Below the pieces are notes generated by a model, which saw only the letters and a list, made by a program, of their open reading frames with translations, made no database searches and was not told where the DNA came from. This document shows, in pieces, positions 48,975-57,462 of a stretch of DNA of 64,000 bases. Source of the DNA: Capsulimonadales bacterium (GTDB lineage: Bacteria; Armatimonadota; Armatimonadia; Armatimonadales; Armatimonadaceae); the NCBI GenBank assembly GCA_033762295.1, contig JANRLW010000006.1, forward strand, positions 1 through 64,000, in the 5' to 3' direction. Position 1 is the stretch's first letter; each line of letters begins with the position of its first letter. The translations under genes and the position numbers were made by a program.

Positions 48975-49595
48975 ATGGCAAAGGGACTGACGGAGAAGCA
49001 GCGTAAGATCCTTGAATTCATCATAGACTTCCAGCAGAACAACGGCTTCCCGCCGACCATCCGCGAACTCGGCGATGCGTTTCAGATCGGCAGCCTTCGG
49101 GGTGTGACGGTCCATCTCGATGCGCTGGTCCGCAAGGGATACATGACGCGGGAACGCACTTCCCGTTCCATTCGGGTGATCGGTCCGGACCCGCGCGATC
49201 CCGGTAACGCCCGCCGGTCGGACGCCACGATCCGGCTTCCGCTGGTGCGCTCCCTCGCCTCCATGCACGGACGCGAGATCGTTCCCGATAAGATCGCCGC
49301 CGACGGACAGGTGGAGGGGTACGTGACGGTGCCCGAAGAGGTCGCGGGAAGCGGTCTCGAGGGTGGTTTCGTGATACGGGTCGGCGCGACCGGGATCAAA
49401 AACGAACCGGTCCTTCCCGGCGACCTCCTGGTCGTTCGCCCGCAACGGTCCGCTCATATCGGCGAACTGGTCGTCACGTTCTCCCACGGTGACATGACCG
49501 TCCTTCGGGCGACCGAACAGGATATCCAGGAGAGCGGAATCGGCGGCGAACACGAAATCATCGGGCGCGTGGTGGCCCTGGTTCGGCGTTACTAA
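48975..49595 (+). CDS. LexA-like repressor with degenerate peptidase domain
   Basis: LexA wHTH (LTEKQ..IL.FI, GFPPTIRE, HL.AL..KGY, RSIRV); S24-like C-domain without catalytic residues. Confidence 0.85.
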   Translation: MAKGLTEKQRKILEFIIDFQQNNGFPPTIRELGDAFQIGSLRGVTVHLDALVRKGYMTRERTSRSIRVIGPDPRDPGNARRSDATIRLPLVRSLASMHGREIVPDKIAADGQVEGYVTVPEEVAGSGLEGGFVIRVGATGIKNEPVLPGDLLVVRPQRSAHIGELVVTFSHGDMTVLRATEQDIQESGIGGEHEIIGRVVALVRRY

Positions 49596-49691
49596 CCCAT
49601 TGACGCGGTCCATCAAGGCCGATAAAACGTCGAAAGCCGCTGTCCGGTGACGGACAGCGGTGCTACGCCTGCGAACCGTCGACCGCCGGGA

Positions 49692-49943
49692 TTATCCGCG
49701 GCGAGAAATCTCCCCCAAAACCGCCAGCACAAAGGCGGAAGCGAACCAGCCGATCGCAATATAGCGAGTATACTGGGACAGCATCTCGTCGAACCCGGCT
49801 TTACCCCGGAAACTTCCCCCCTGAGCGTTGGACACGCCGCCGGTGAACCCCTCGCTTTTTGGGGTCTGCATCATGACGACCGCGATCAACGCGATCGACA
49901 GCAAAAACAGTAACCCCGTCAGGATGCCGCTGAGAATGGCCAC
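49692..49943 (-). CDS. secG: Preprotein translocase subunit SecG
   Basis: Two TMs around Q.PKSEG..GG...G.D..L; GTG after AAGGAG; next to tRNA-Leu. Confidence 0.85.
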   Translation of the reverse strand: MAILSGILTGLLFLLSIALIAVVMMQTPKSEGFTGGVSNAQGGSFRGKAGFDEMLSQYTRYIAIGWFASAFVLAVLGEISRRG

Positions 49944-49948
49944 CTTCG

Positions 49949-50122
49949 TTATTTCTCCTTGGCGTCCGTCGCCGGTTCGGTGGTCGGTTCGTCGTTCACC
50001 GACTTCTTGAACTCGCGAATACCCTCGCCGAGGCTCTTGGCGAGTTTCGGAATATTGCTCGCGCCAAACAGCAAAACGCCGATCAGCACGACCCACAGCC
50101 ATTCATTGTTCATTCCGAACAT
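49949..50122 (-). CDS. tatA: Twin-arginine translocase TatA (57 aa, not in ORF track)
   Basis: Translated by hand: MFGMNNEWLWVVLIGVLLFGASNIPKLAKSLGEGIREFKKSVNDEPTTEPATDAKEK*. Confidence 0.9.
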   Translation of the reverse strand: MFGMNNEWLWVVLIGVLLFGASNIPKLAKSLGEGIREFKKSVNDEPTTEPATDAKEK

Positions 50123-50135
50123 AATTTCCGTCCCT

Positions 50136-50621
50136 TTACGTTGTTTGTGCGATTGCGGACGTTTCCGCCACGGCTTCCCCGGAGTATTTTGCCCGAGGGC
50201 GATCTTCCACGTCGGTTGATTCCGGCACGAAATCCCCCTCCGCCTCCTCGGTCCCGGACGGACCGGAGCGCAGGGCCGGCGGGCCGGGTGGCGCCGGCAA
50301 CGCCGGTTCCGCCAGATACGCCATATGCGCCTCCTCGTCCGAATCGGAGAGGTCGGTTCCCGATCCCAGCGCGGGCGGCGAATAGGTATAGGTCGGCGCG
50401 ACCGGTGTCGTCAGGTCCGGCAGGTCAAAGCGCGTATACTCGTCAATTTCCCCCAGAGCCCGGTTGACATCCCCGCGCAGGCGGTTCAACTCCCGGTAGG
50501 CCATCCCTATCTGTTTTCCGATTTCCGGCAGCTTTTCCGGACCGAAAATGATGAGGGCGAGGATGGCAATTACCGCGAGTTCCCCGGGGCCCACATTGAG
50601 AAATCCCAAAATCATGTGCAT
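50136..50621 (-). CDS. tatB: TatB/TatA-family subunit
   Basis: GPGELAVIAILALIIFGPEKLPE.GK..G; long acidic tail. Confidence 0.8.
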   Translation of the reverse strand: MHMILGFLNVGPGELAVIAILALIIFGPEKLPEIGKQIGMAYRELNRLRGDVNRALGEIDEYTRFDLPDLTTPVAPTYTYSPPALGSGTDLSDSDEEAHMAYLAEPALPAPPGPPALRSGPSGTEEAEGDFVPESTDVEDRPRAKYSGEAVAETSAIAQTT

Positions 50622-50681
50622 ACCGTTCCCCGATTATATCGCGAAAGGATCGTGCACACAATCGGACGCCACGCTTCCCTC

Positions 50682-50710
50682 TTGACATACGGGCGAATGT
50701 GACGTAAAAT
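50682..50710 (+). promoter_or_regulatory. Sigma70 promoter of tRNA-Leu
   Basis: TTGACA-17 bp-TAAAAT. Confidence 0.75.
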
Positions 50711-50746
50711 CACCCTGTTCGGCCACTTTGCCACAAAATCATCCTC

Positions 50747-50828
50747 GCCGAGATGGTGAAATCGGTAGACACGCCAGTTTCAGGAGCTGGTGCCGCAAGG
50801 CATAGGGGTTCGAGTCCCCTTCTCGGCA
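50747..50828 (+). tRNA. tRNA-Leu (CAG)
   Basis: GCCGAGA/TCTCGGC acceptor, CCAGT-TTCAGGA-GCTGG anticodon arm, variable arm, GGTTCGAGTCC; CCA not encoded. Confidence 0.95.
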
Positions 50829-50831
50829 TAC

Positions 50832-50865
50832 ACCGCCGCGCAAATCGCGCGGCGGTTTCGTTTTT
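50832..50865 (+). terminator. Intrinsic terminator after tRNA-Leu
   Basis: accgccgcgc / gcgcggcggt stem followed by a T-rich tail. Confidence 0.7.
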
Positions 50866-52714
50866 AACGCCGCCGACGTCCGCTCCCCGGACGGGGCGCG
50901 TTCGCCTGCGCCTCCATCGCGGAAACGCTTCCGACCGCATCGTCCGCCTTTGACAGGTGTTCCACCGTCGCCGCGTCCGTCGGCGGTTCGGTCGCCCCCT
51001 CGACCACGATCGCGTGCGGAACCGCGCGCGAGGGCAGGTGCCGCGCGGTATGGCCGGTGACGATGATCTTTCCGTCGTAAACGATCGAGGTGGAGAAACC
51101 CGAATCCATCAGGACCGCCTCCTTGATGCCCGCCGCCGCCGCCGCGCGCGCCAGTTGCTCGGTCGTGATTACCTCCAGCGACCCGACCAGCATCACATCG
51201 CCGCTGTCGGTAACGCCGAAACAGGCGCGACGCCGGGGATCGTTAAAGTCACGCGCCGAATACGCCTGCATCTCCTCCTTCGTCCGGGGTTCGCCATTGT
51301 GGACGATCCACGCGCCGGCCAGAAAGACGTCGGTCAGGTCCGGAAGGACCGAACGAAGCGTCGGTTCATCGTTCATCGTGTCCGGGTTGAAGGGCAGGAT
51401 CACCATCGCGGTCGGACCGATCAAAACCAGGGGACGATTGCGCAGTTTCGGCAAACGGGTGGGATCGGTTTCCGGGTAGAAGACGGCGTCCTCCCGCGTC
51501 AGGCAGGGACCGATCATCGTATTATCGGTTCCACGCAGCGCCGCGTCGGCGAAAAAGGTCCCGTTCATGCCGCCGACCGGAGTTTCCGACAGCTTGCCGC
51601 TGGCCGCCGCCCGTCGGAGAAATTCGCCGACGGAGAAACGCCCCTGCGGCGAACGCCAGGTGGAGGGTCGGCCGCCCCGCACGATACCCAGCTTGATGCC
51701 GTCGAACTCCTCGACCTGAAGCACAATCGACGCGGACAGAAGCTCCTTGCGTACGATATCGGCCGGGGCGTTCCGGGTCGCCTCCTGACTGTCCTTCCAT
51801 GCCTTCTCCAGACGGGTGTGGATGTAACGGCAGACGCGCAGGATTCCCGGCGACTCCTCCGCCGGTCCGTTGACGATCGTAAACGCCATCGTATAACCGA
51901 CACGTTCCGCCGCGGCAAACGTCTCCTTGTCCCCCGTTCCGTTCGGATAGGCAAAATAGGGCACAGGATGGCCGAGTTGCGATTCAAGGATCGCCCTGGA
52001 CTCGGTCATCTCGCGCTCCTGCTCCTCGATCGGCAGTTTGGCCATGTCCTCGGGGTGGCTGAGCGTGTGCGATCCGATCGTCACCAGGCCGGACGCATCC
52101 AGTTCCCGGAGGGTTTCCCAGTCCATCTTCGGATGCGCGCCTTTTTTATCGCCGACGAAATTCGTGTGGACGAAAACGGCGGACGGAATCCCTTTCTCTT
52201 TCAGGAGGGGATAGGCATTGTCGTAGAACCCCTGGTAGTTATCGTCGAAGGTCAGTACGACGCTGTTCGGCGGGATCTCTTCCCCCTGCGTCAGGTGGCG
52301 ATGAAGTTGATCGAGCGAAAGGAACGTTGCGCCTTCCTGTTCCAGAAAGGCGATCTGCTCCTCGAACTCCTTGCGGGAGCAGTCGAACCAGACGCTGTCC
52401 CGCCCTTTCTCCGCCACGATGTCATGGTACATGATGACCGGCACACGACGGTTCTGCGCCAGCGGACTCATCGGTTGAAGCGTGTTCGGGTCGAACGGGG
52501 TCGCCGTCGGGGACGGGGACGGTGTCGGGGAGGCCGATAAAGCGCCGACGGGTGCGGAGGCCGGGGTCGCGGAGGCCGTCGGATTGCCCGGCAAATACTG
52601 GCAACCCGTCGACAGAACGGCGACGAGAAACCCGAGGCATGCCCGCGCTCCCCGGTGGAATCGAGTTCGCGAAATCAAGAATTTCTCCGTATCTCGGATA
52701 GGGTTTGAGGACAC
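50864..52714 (-). CDS. Polysaccharide deacetylase (CE4) fused to a phosphodiester glycosidase-like domain; probable lipoprotein
   Basis: IMYH, LTFDD, SHTLSH, FAYPNG; then NGTFF, R.R..FG, MDSGFST. Confidence 0.82.
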   Translation of the reverse strand: MSSNPIRDTEKFLISRTRFHRGARACLGFLVAVLSTGCQYLPGNPTASATPASAPVGALSASPTPSPSPTATPFDPNTLQPMSPLAQNRRVPVIMYHDIVAEKGRDSVWFDCSRKEFEEQIAFLEQEGATFLSLDQLHRHLTQGEEIPPNSVVLTFDDNYQGFYDNAYPLLKEKGIPSAVFVHTNFVGDKKGAHPKMDWETLRELDASGLVTIGSHTLSHPEDMAKLPIEEQEREMTESRAILESQLGHPVPYFAYPNGTGDKETFAAAERVGYTMAFTIVNGPAEESPGILRVCRYIHTRLEKAWKDSQEATRNAPADIVRKELLSASIVLQVEEFDGIKLGIVRGGRPSTWRSPQGRFSVGEFLRRAAASGKLSETPVGGMNGTFFADAALRGTDNTMIGPCLTREDAVFYPETDPTRLPKLRNRPLVLIGPTAMVILPFNPDTMNDEPTLRSVLPDLTDVFLAGAWIVHNGEPRTKEEMQAYSARDFNDPRRRACFGVTDSGDVMLVGSLEVITTEQLARAAAAAGIKEAVLMDSGFSTSIVYDGKIIVTGHTARHLPSRAVPHAIVVEGATEPPTDAATVEHLSKADDAVGSVSAMEAQANAPRPGSGRRRR

Positions 52715-52719
52715 CCGGA

Positions 52720-53421
52720 TTATAACATATCCCCCGAAGCACCGTCCCCATCAGCGACCCGTGCCGAACCCTCCGTTCGGGGGGGCCAGTGCAGCATCAA
52801 TAACAGAGGTCCCGAGGTGACGGACAGGGACACGGTCTCCTCGGTCACCAGATTGAGCGTTCCATCCCGAACCCCCGGTTCCAGGCTTTCCCCGGTCAGT
52901 GGCCAGCGCACCCCGGTGAGAGTGATTCCCTCCACCCGCCCCATTGCCAGAAGGGACAGCGTTCTGCCCGGCAGCGTCCGGTCGGAGATCGTGACCGAGC
53001 GTCGGACCAGCCAGGTCTCCCCGTCCTCGTCCACCAGGCGCAGATCCGCACGGTCCCCGTATTTGATGATGGTGGACAGAACGGAGAATACATGGTCCAG
53101 GCGTCCCTGCGTCGCCGCAAAGACGCGAATCTTCGTCGCGCCAAACTCCGCGAGCGATGCCGCGATCGCCTTGTCCAGATCGGTGTAATCCTGATCAGGG
53201 GTAGGAAACACCCGGACTCCCTGTTCGGCCAGACGTCGGCGGTCCGTTTCCGCGAGCGAGTCGAAATCGCCGGTAACGGCGTGCGGAAGCAGTCCCAGAC
53301 GCAGCAGATGATAGGTTCCGCCGTCCACCCCGACAAGAAGGTCCGCGTCCGCCGCCGCGACCCGCAAACGAAGCGCCGCTTCGTCGGTCAGAACGCCGTT
53401 CGCCACCAGTACGGCCAACAT
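52720..53421 (-). CDS. thiN: Thiamine pyrophosphokinase
   Basis: VDGG, GDFDS, DQDYTDLDKA, GRLDH, G.RWPL. Confidence 0.92.
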   Translation of the reverse strand: MLAVLVANGVLTDEAALRLRVAAADADLLVGVDGGTYHLLRLGLLPHAVTGDFDSLAETDRRRLAEQGVRVFPTPDQDYTDLDKAIAASLAEFGATKIRVFAATQGRLDHVFSVLSTIIKYGDRADLRLVDEDGETWLVRRSVTISDRTLPGRTLSLLAMGRVEGITLTGVRWPLTGESLEPGVRDGTLNLVTEETVSLSVTSGPLLLMLHWPPRTEGSARVADGDGASGDML

Positions 53422-53445
53422 AATCCTTTTCCTTCCGCGGTCGCG

Positions 53446-54246
53446 TCAGTCGAACCGCCAGCCCGAATTTTCGAAATTGCCGGTCCCGTCCGGCGTGGCA
53501 AAAAGTCGGTCGAACGCGCCGGCGGACGTGATAAATTTCGCGTGACCGTCGGCGAACACGAAACTTCCGCCGCGCGGGTGCCACTGGCGGTAGTAGGCCG
53601 GGAAGTACCCGTACTTCGCGCCGTTTGCGTCCTGATCGCCACCGAACCACGGGAGCATCTCATCACGCAGGATGCGGGTTTCGGCCGGCCTTTGGAAAGC
53701 GGCGTCGGCGATCGGTCCGCTCGGCGGACAGTAGGGATTGTCGGCATTACAGACGACATTATTCTGGAACGATACCCCGTCGATCGTGCTGAACGTCCCC
53801 CGGGTGAATCGATAGGACGAACCGTAACAATCGCGGTAGGAGCCTGACTTCGTCGGGTAGTCCCGGCATCCGCCGTACTCGACGGTACTGACCGTCCCGG
53901 ATGGAACCGGCCCACCCTGATCATTCGGGCAACGGAAGGCGTCCCGCGCTTTGACATACGGCCAAAGGGCGACCTCCACCCCTTTGTGCCCGTCAACGTC
54001 CGCCGGGGGCTGAGTATTGTAAGCGTGGAAGATGGGCCAGATCTCATCGTAATCCTGCACGTACATCCGTACGGCAAGCCCGATCTGGCGCATATTCGAG
54101 AGGCAGGTTACCTCGCGGGCCTTTTCGCGGGCCTGAGCGAAGACGGGAAAAAGAATCGCGGCCAGAATCGCGATGATGGCGATGACGACGAGCAGTTCGA
54201 TCAGCGTGAAGCCGTGATCGGGCGACGGGTGTCGGTCTGTTTTCAT
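53446..54246 (-). CDS. Prepilin-type / DUF1559 protein with H-X9-DG motif, downstream of a TPP riboswitch
   Basis: [50 protein letters not shown] upstream of ATG 54246. Confidence 0.93.
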   Translation of the reverse strand: MKTDRHPSPDHGFTLIELLVVIAIIAILAAILFPVFAQAREKAREVTCLSNMRQIGLAVRMYVQDYDEIWPIFHAYNTQPPADVDGHKGVEVALWPYVKARDAFRCPNDQGGPVPSGTVSTVEYGGCRDYPTKSGSYRDCYGSSYRFTRGTFSTIDGVSFQNNVVCNADNPYCPPSGPIADAAFQRPAETRILRDEMLPWFGGDQDANGAKYGYFPAYYRQWHPRGGSFVFADGHAKFITSAGAFDRLFATPDGTGNFENSGWRFD

Positions 54247-54328
54247 CAGGGACCTTTCCTCCCGATTTCCGGTTCCCGGCGCGGGCCGAAAGCGGTCGCC
54301 CCTTCGAAAAGGTTTGTTGCCGGGCAAC

Positions 54329-54358
54329 AAAAAACACCTTCCCGAAGCGGTGAAGGTG
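54329..54358 (-). terminator. Riboswitch-controlled intrinsic terminator
   Basis: Minus strand CACCTTC-accgcttcgg-GAAGGTG followed by TTTTTT. Confidence 0.8.
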
Positions 54359-54393
54359 GCAGACGACACGGACCATGGCCCGTCCCGGTCCCC

Positions 54394-54498
54394 ATCCGCT
54401 TCCCTCCGCCGGTACGAACCGGATCAGGTTCCGGGGTCGGCCCAAAGCCCTCTCAGCCGCATGGCGCATTTTACGCGCGGAACGGCCCCCCCAGCGAA
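54394..54498 (-). promoter_or_regulatory. TPP riboswitch aptamer (THI element)
   Basis: Minus strand GGGG..CC...GGCTGAGA...GACCC..AACCTGATCCGGTTCGTACCGGCGGAGGGA with P1 ttcgct/agcgga; thiN lies in the downstream operon. Confidence 0.93.
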
Positions 54499-54521
54499 CG
54501 AAAAACCAATTATGTTTCTCC

Positions 54522-54550
54522 ATCATATCGATGCGGGAGGCATCTGTCAA
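54522..54550 (-). promoter_or_regulatory. Sigma70 promoter driving the TPP riboswitch transcript
   Basis: Minus strand TTGACA-17 bp-TATGAT just upstream of the aptamer. Confidence 0.8.
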
Positions 54551-54598
54551 CGGGGTAAAATATCGGAAATTGGAGCGGAAGGACGGCCTGGCGATCCG

Positions 54599-55894
54599 AT
54601 GCCGGAAACATTGCGCCAAAAGTTATTGCCATTCATCGTGGAAACCGTCCGTCGGTCGGAAACGTTCGCCGGAAGAACGGTCCTCCTTGCCTTGCTTCTG
54701 GCGGCCACCTGGTGGCAGGTACGCATGGCGGTTTCCGGTGACTGGTTTCGCTCCGGCAACGACATGCTCTATATTCTCCCGCCGCTGCGAAGCGCGACCG
54801 ACGAGGCCCTCGTCGGCTGGCTGCGCGGCCCGTGGATCGGCGTGGAACTGTTCGCTTACTACCGGCCGGTCACCAGTGTTTTCTGGTTTACGGAGTACCG
54901 GGTTTTCGGGGAGCAGGTCGCCTCCTGGCAACAGGTATCGGTCGCTTCGCACCTTGGCTCCACCCTATTGCTGGCGCTACTGCTGACCCGGATGGTCGGC
55001 TCGCCTCTGGCCGGAACGATCGGCGCGTTCGTCTGGGCTACCCGCGAAAAGATCGTCGAAACCCTGGAGTGGACACCGGCACAGACGGACCATTTTGCCG
55101 CCTTCTTCGGCATCCTGGGATTGTTTCTCTGGCAGACCTTTCTGGATGCCCGCGGACGACGCCCGTCTCGGTTTCTTCTGGGAGGCGCATCGCTCGTTTC
55201 CGTGCTTCTTGCCCTGGGTTCCAAGGAGATCGCCTACCCGGTGCCGCTCCTCGCGGCGCTTTTGACCCTGCGAACCGTTCGTCTGCCGTTTCGGACGCGA
55301 ATCGCTCTGTGCGGGGTCTGGTTCGCCCTCCTGACCGGCTTTGTCGGATGGCGGATTCTGGCAATGCAGGGAATCGGGTTTCTACCCGGACAGGCGACGC
55401 CCGGACGGTCGCAGGCCAGTCCCCTCACCCCGCAAAAATGGCTCGTCCGAATGAGCGGTTTTTTGCTTCCGCAAGTCCTCCGGCCGACCGCGCTTCTTCC
55501 CTTCCCCGCCGTTCTCTCGGTGTTCGCCGGAATCGCGGCCTACCGTCGGTGGACTTCCGTCAGAACCCGGGGGGTGGTTGCTCTGATCGCCGGCGTGCTG
55601 TTTTTCGTGTTCATGGGCGGCCCGGAATGCCTTTTGTTGTCCGATACGTACACGGAACTTGCGCTCGGGCTCTGGACGCTGACGGTGGTGGCCTTCGCCC
55701 TCCGGCGGGAGCCGCGCGAGATGGCGTTTGCTCTGATCTGGGGACTGGTCGCCCATCTGCCCCTGTACCATGTCGTCTACAATGCCGCCGGTAACGTGAC
55801 CTACCTTCCGGGCATCTACTGGGGGCTGGTCTGGTCGATCCTGGTCGTTGCCCTCCTCCGGTTCGTGGGAACCCGCAGCGAATCGGAGGTATAG
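54599..55894 (+). CDS. Polytopic membrane protein, GT-C-like
   Basis: YYRPV, H..S..L, E...W, L.SKE motifs seen in TMTC/GT-C-like proteins; more than 10 TMs. Confidence 0.6.
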   Translation: MPETLRQKLLPFIVETVRRSETFAGRTVLLALLLAATWWQVRMAVSGDWFRSGNDMLYILPPLRSATDEALVGWLRGPWIGVELFAYYRPVTSVFWFTEYRVFGEQVASWQQVSVASHLGSTLLLALLLTRMVGSPLAGTIGAFVWATREKIVETLEWTPAQTDHFAAFFGILGLFLWQTFLDARGRRPSRFLLGGASLVSVLLALGSKEIAYPVPLLAALLTLRTVRLPFRTRIALCGVWFALLTGFVGWRILAMQGIGFLPGQATPGRSQASPLTPQKWLVRMSGFLLPQVLRPTALLPFPAVLSVFAGIAAYRRWTSVRTRGVVALIAGVLFFVFMGGPECLLLSDTYTELALGLWTLTVVAFALRREPREMAFALIWGLVAHLPLYHVVYNAAGNVTYLPGIYWGLVWSILVVALLRFVGTRSESEV

Positions 55895-55963
55895 TAGTGT
55901 ATAAGAAACACGTTTGCCGTTACGTTCCCGTCGAGGCCGGCAGACGATCGGAGGAAGACAGGA

Positions 55964-57010
55964 ATGCGGACTCTCACGCTGGCACGCGATTTATCCCGGG
56001 ATTATCCGTCGGTCGATAACGATCTCTCACGACGCGTGGAGGCGATCGATCCGGGTCTTTCTTTGGAGGAGGAGATCCGTCGCCTGAAAGCCGAGAAGAA
56101 CGCCGTAATACTTGCTCATTACTATCAGGAAGACGAAATTCAGGAACTGGCCGATTTCGTCGGCGACTCTCTGGCCCTTTCGCAGCAGGCGGCCAAAACC
56201 GATGCGGCGCGGATCGTCTTCTGCGGCGTTCATTTCATGGCGGAAACGGCCAAGATTCTCAATCCCGAAAAGCCCGTCCTTCTGCCGGACCTCGATGCGG
56301 GTTGTTCCCTGGCGGACCGGTGCCCGGCGGACCTGTATGCGGAATGGCTGAAGCAGTATCCCGGTCACACCGTCATCAACTACATTAACTCGTCCGCCGC
56401 GGTCAAGGCGATGTCGGATATCATCGTCACCTCGTCGAACGCCGTCGACATCGTTCGCCAGCTCCCGGAGGACGAACCGATCGTTTTCGGACCGGATCGG
56501 CATCTGGGGCGCTGGGTGGAACGTCAAACCGGACGCCGGATGGTTCTATGGCCCGGTTTCTGCATCGTCCACGAGCAGTTCAATCTGCGTCGCCTGCAAA
56601 AAGTGATCGACGCGTATCCGAAGGCGACCGTAATCGCCCATCCGGAGTGCGAGGAAGCGGTGCTCGATCGGGCGCACTTTATCGGTTCCACCCTCGCCCT
56701 GCTGACCTATGTCCGTTCCCATCCGGAACAGACGCAGTTTATTGTCGCTACCGAACAGGGGATTCTTCACCAGATGCGAAAATCCCGTCCGGAGGCGGAA
56801 TTCATCTGCTCTCCGCCGAATTCCGGGTGCGATTGCGCGCTGTGCCCGTATATGCGATTGAATACGCTGGAAAAACTGTATCTCTGCTTACGGGATGAGA
56901 CGCCGGAGATTCGTATGGACGAGGATATCCGAGTCCGGGCGCTCAAACCGGTTCAACGGATGCTGGAGATGAGTCGCCATCTGGCTCCGGTGCAGCAAAA
57001 AGGCGATTGA
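55964..57010 (+). CDS. nadA: Quinolinate synthase
   Basis: [43 protein letters not shown]. Confidence 0.96.
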   Translation: MRTLTLARDLSRDYPSVDNDLSRRVEAIDPGLSLEEEIRRLKAEKNAVILAHYYQEDEIQELADFVGDSLALSQQAAKTDAARIVFCGVHFMAETAKILNPEKPVLLPDLDAGCSLADRCPADLYAEWLKQYPGHTVINYINSSAAVKAMSDIIVTSSNAVDIVRQLPEDEPIVFGPDRHLGRWVERQTGRRMVLWPGFCIVHEQFNLRRLQKVIDAYPKATVIAHPECEEAVLDRAHFIGSTLALLTYVRSHPEQTQFIVATEQGILHQMRKSRPEAEFICSPPNSGCDCALCPYMRLNTLEKLYLCLRDETPEIRMDEDIRVRALKPVQRMLEMSRHLAPVQQKGD

Positions 57011-57026
57011 TTCGGAGATAATACGA

Positions 57027-57052
57027 GGGGAACGGTTTTTATCCGTTCCCCC
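57027..57052. terminator. Hairpin between convergent nadA and small ORF
   Basis: ggggaacgg / ccgttcccc inverted repeat. Confidence 0.6.
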
Positions 57053-57057
57053 GATCG

Positions 57058-57249
57058 TTATTGCTTTTTCTGATGGTCCCAGGCGAGACTGAGCGCTTCG
57101 CTGTTGCGCTTCTGCCGGCGATCCTGCATGTTCGCCGTTCCTTTGGTTCCCCCGACCGCCTCGCTGACCTGCTCACACCCGACCAGGAAGACGCTGAGAA
57201 GCACCAGAACGACAGGAAGACACATCTTGTTCCGGAATCGACCTTTCAT
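57058..57249 (-). CDS. Small lipoprotein
   Basis: AGGAGAAAGG upstream; basic N-region, hydrophobic core, LVGC lipobox. Confidence 0.65.
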   Translation of the reverse strand: MKGRFRNKMCLPVVLVLLSVFLVGCEQVSEAVGGTKGTANMQDRRQKRNSEALSLAWDHQKKQ

Positions 57250-57462
57250 ATTGCCTTTCTCCTGAAACGAAATCGATATGTGAACCCTGCGGACAAACTC
57301 CTCGGATAATGTATTTGACTGGTTTTCGGTTCGTCCCTGGTTCTTCGTCTGCAAAATCGATGCCAACCGTATTGATACGAGCAGATATATTTCTGGTTTT
57401 TTCCCGTTTATTTTATCCTGGAGGAGTTATTCGGTGAATTACCGAAGGTCGAAGGGAAACCT

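Noticed and set aside
50710..50953. Short ORFs on both strands
   Set aside because: Overlie tRNA-Leu and its terminator
54247..54598. N-terminal ORF extensions across the 54.3-54.6 kb spacer
   Set aside because: The region is explained by promoter, TPP aptamer and terminator; downstream ATGs fit better
55895..55963. NAD+ riboswitch upstream of nadA
   Set aside because: Only a single short hairpin in about 70 nt; no recognisable consensus
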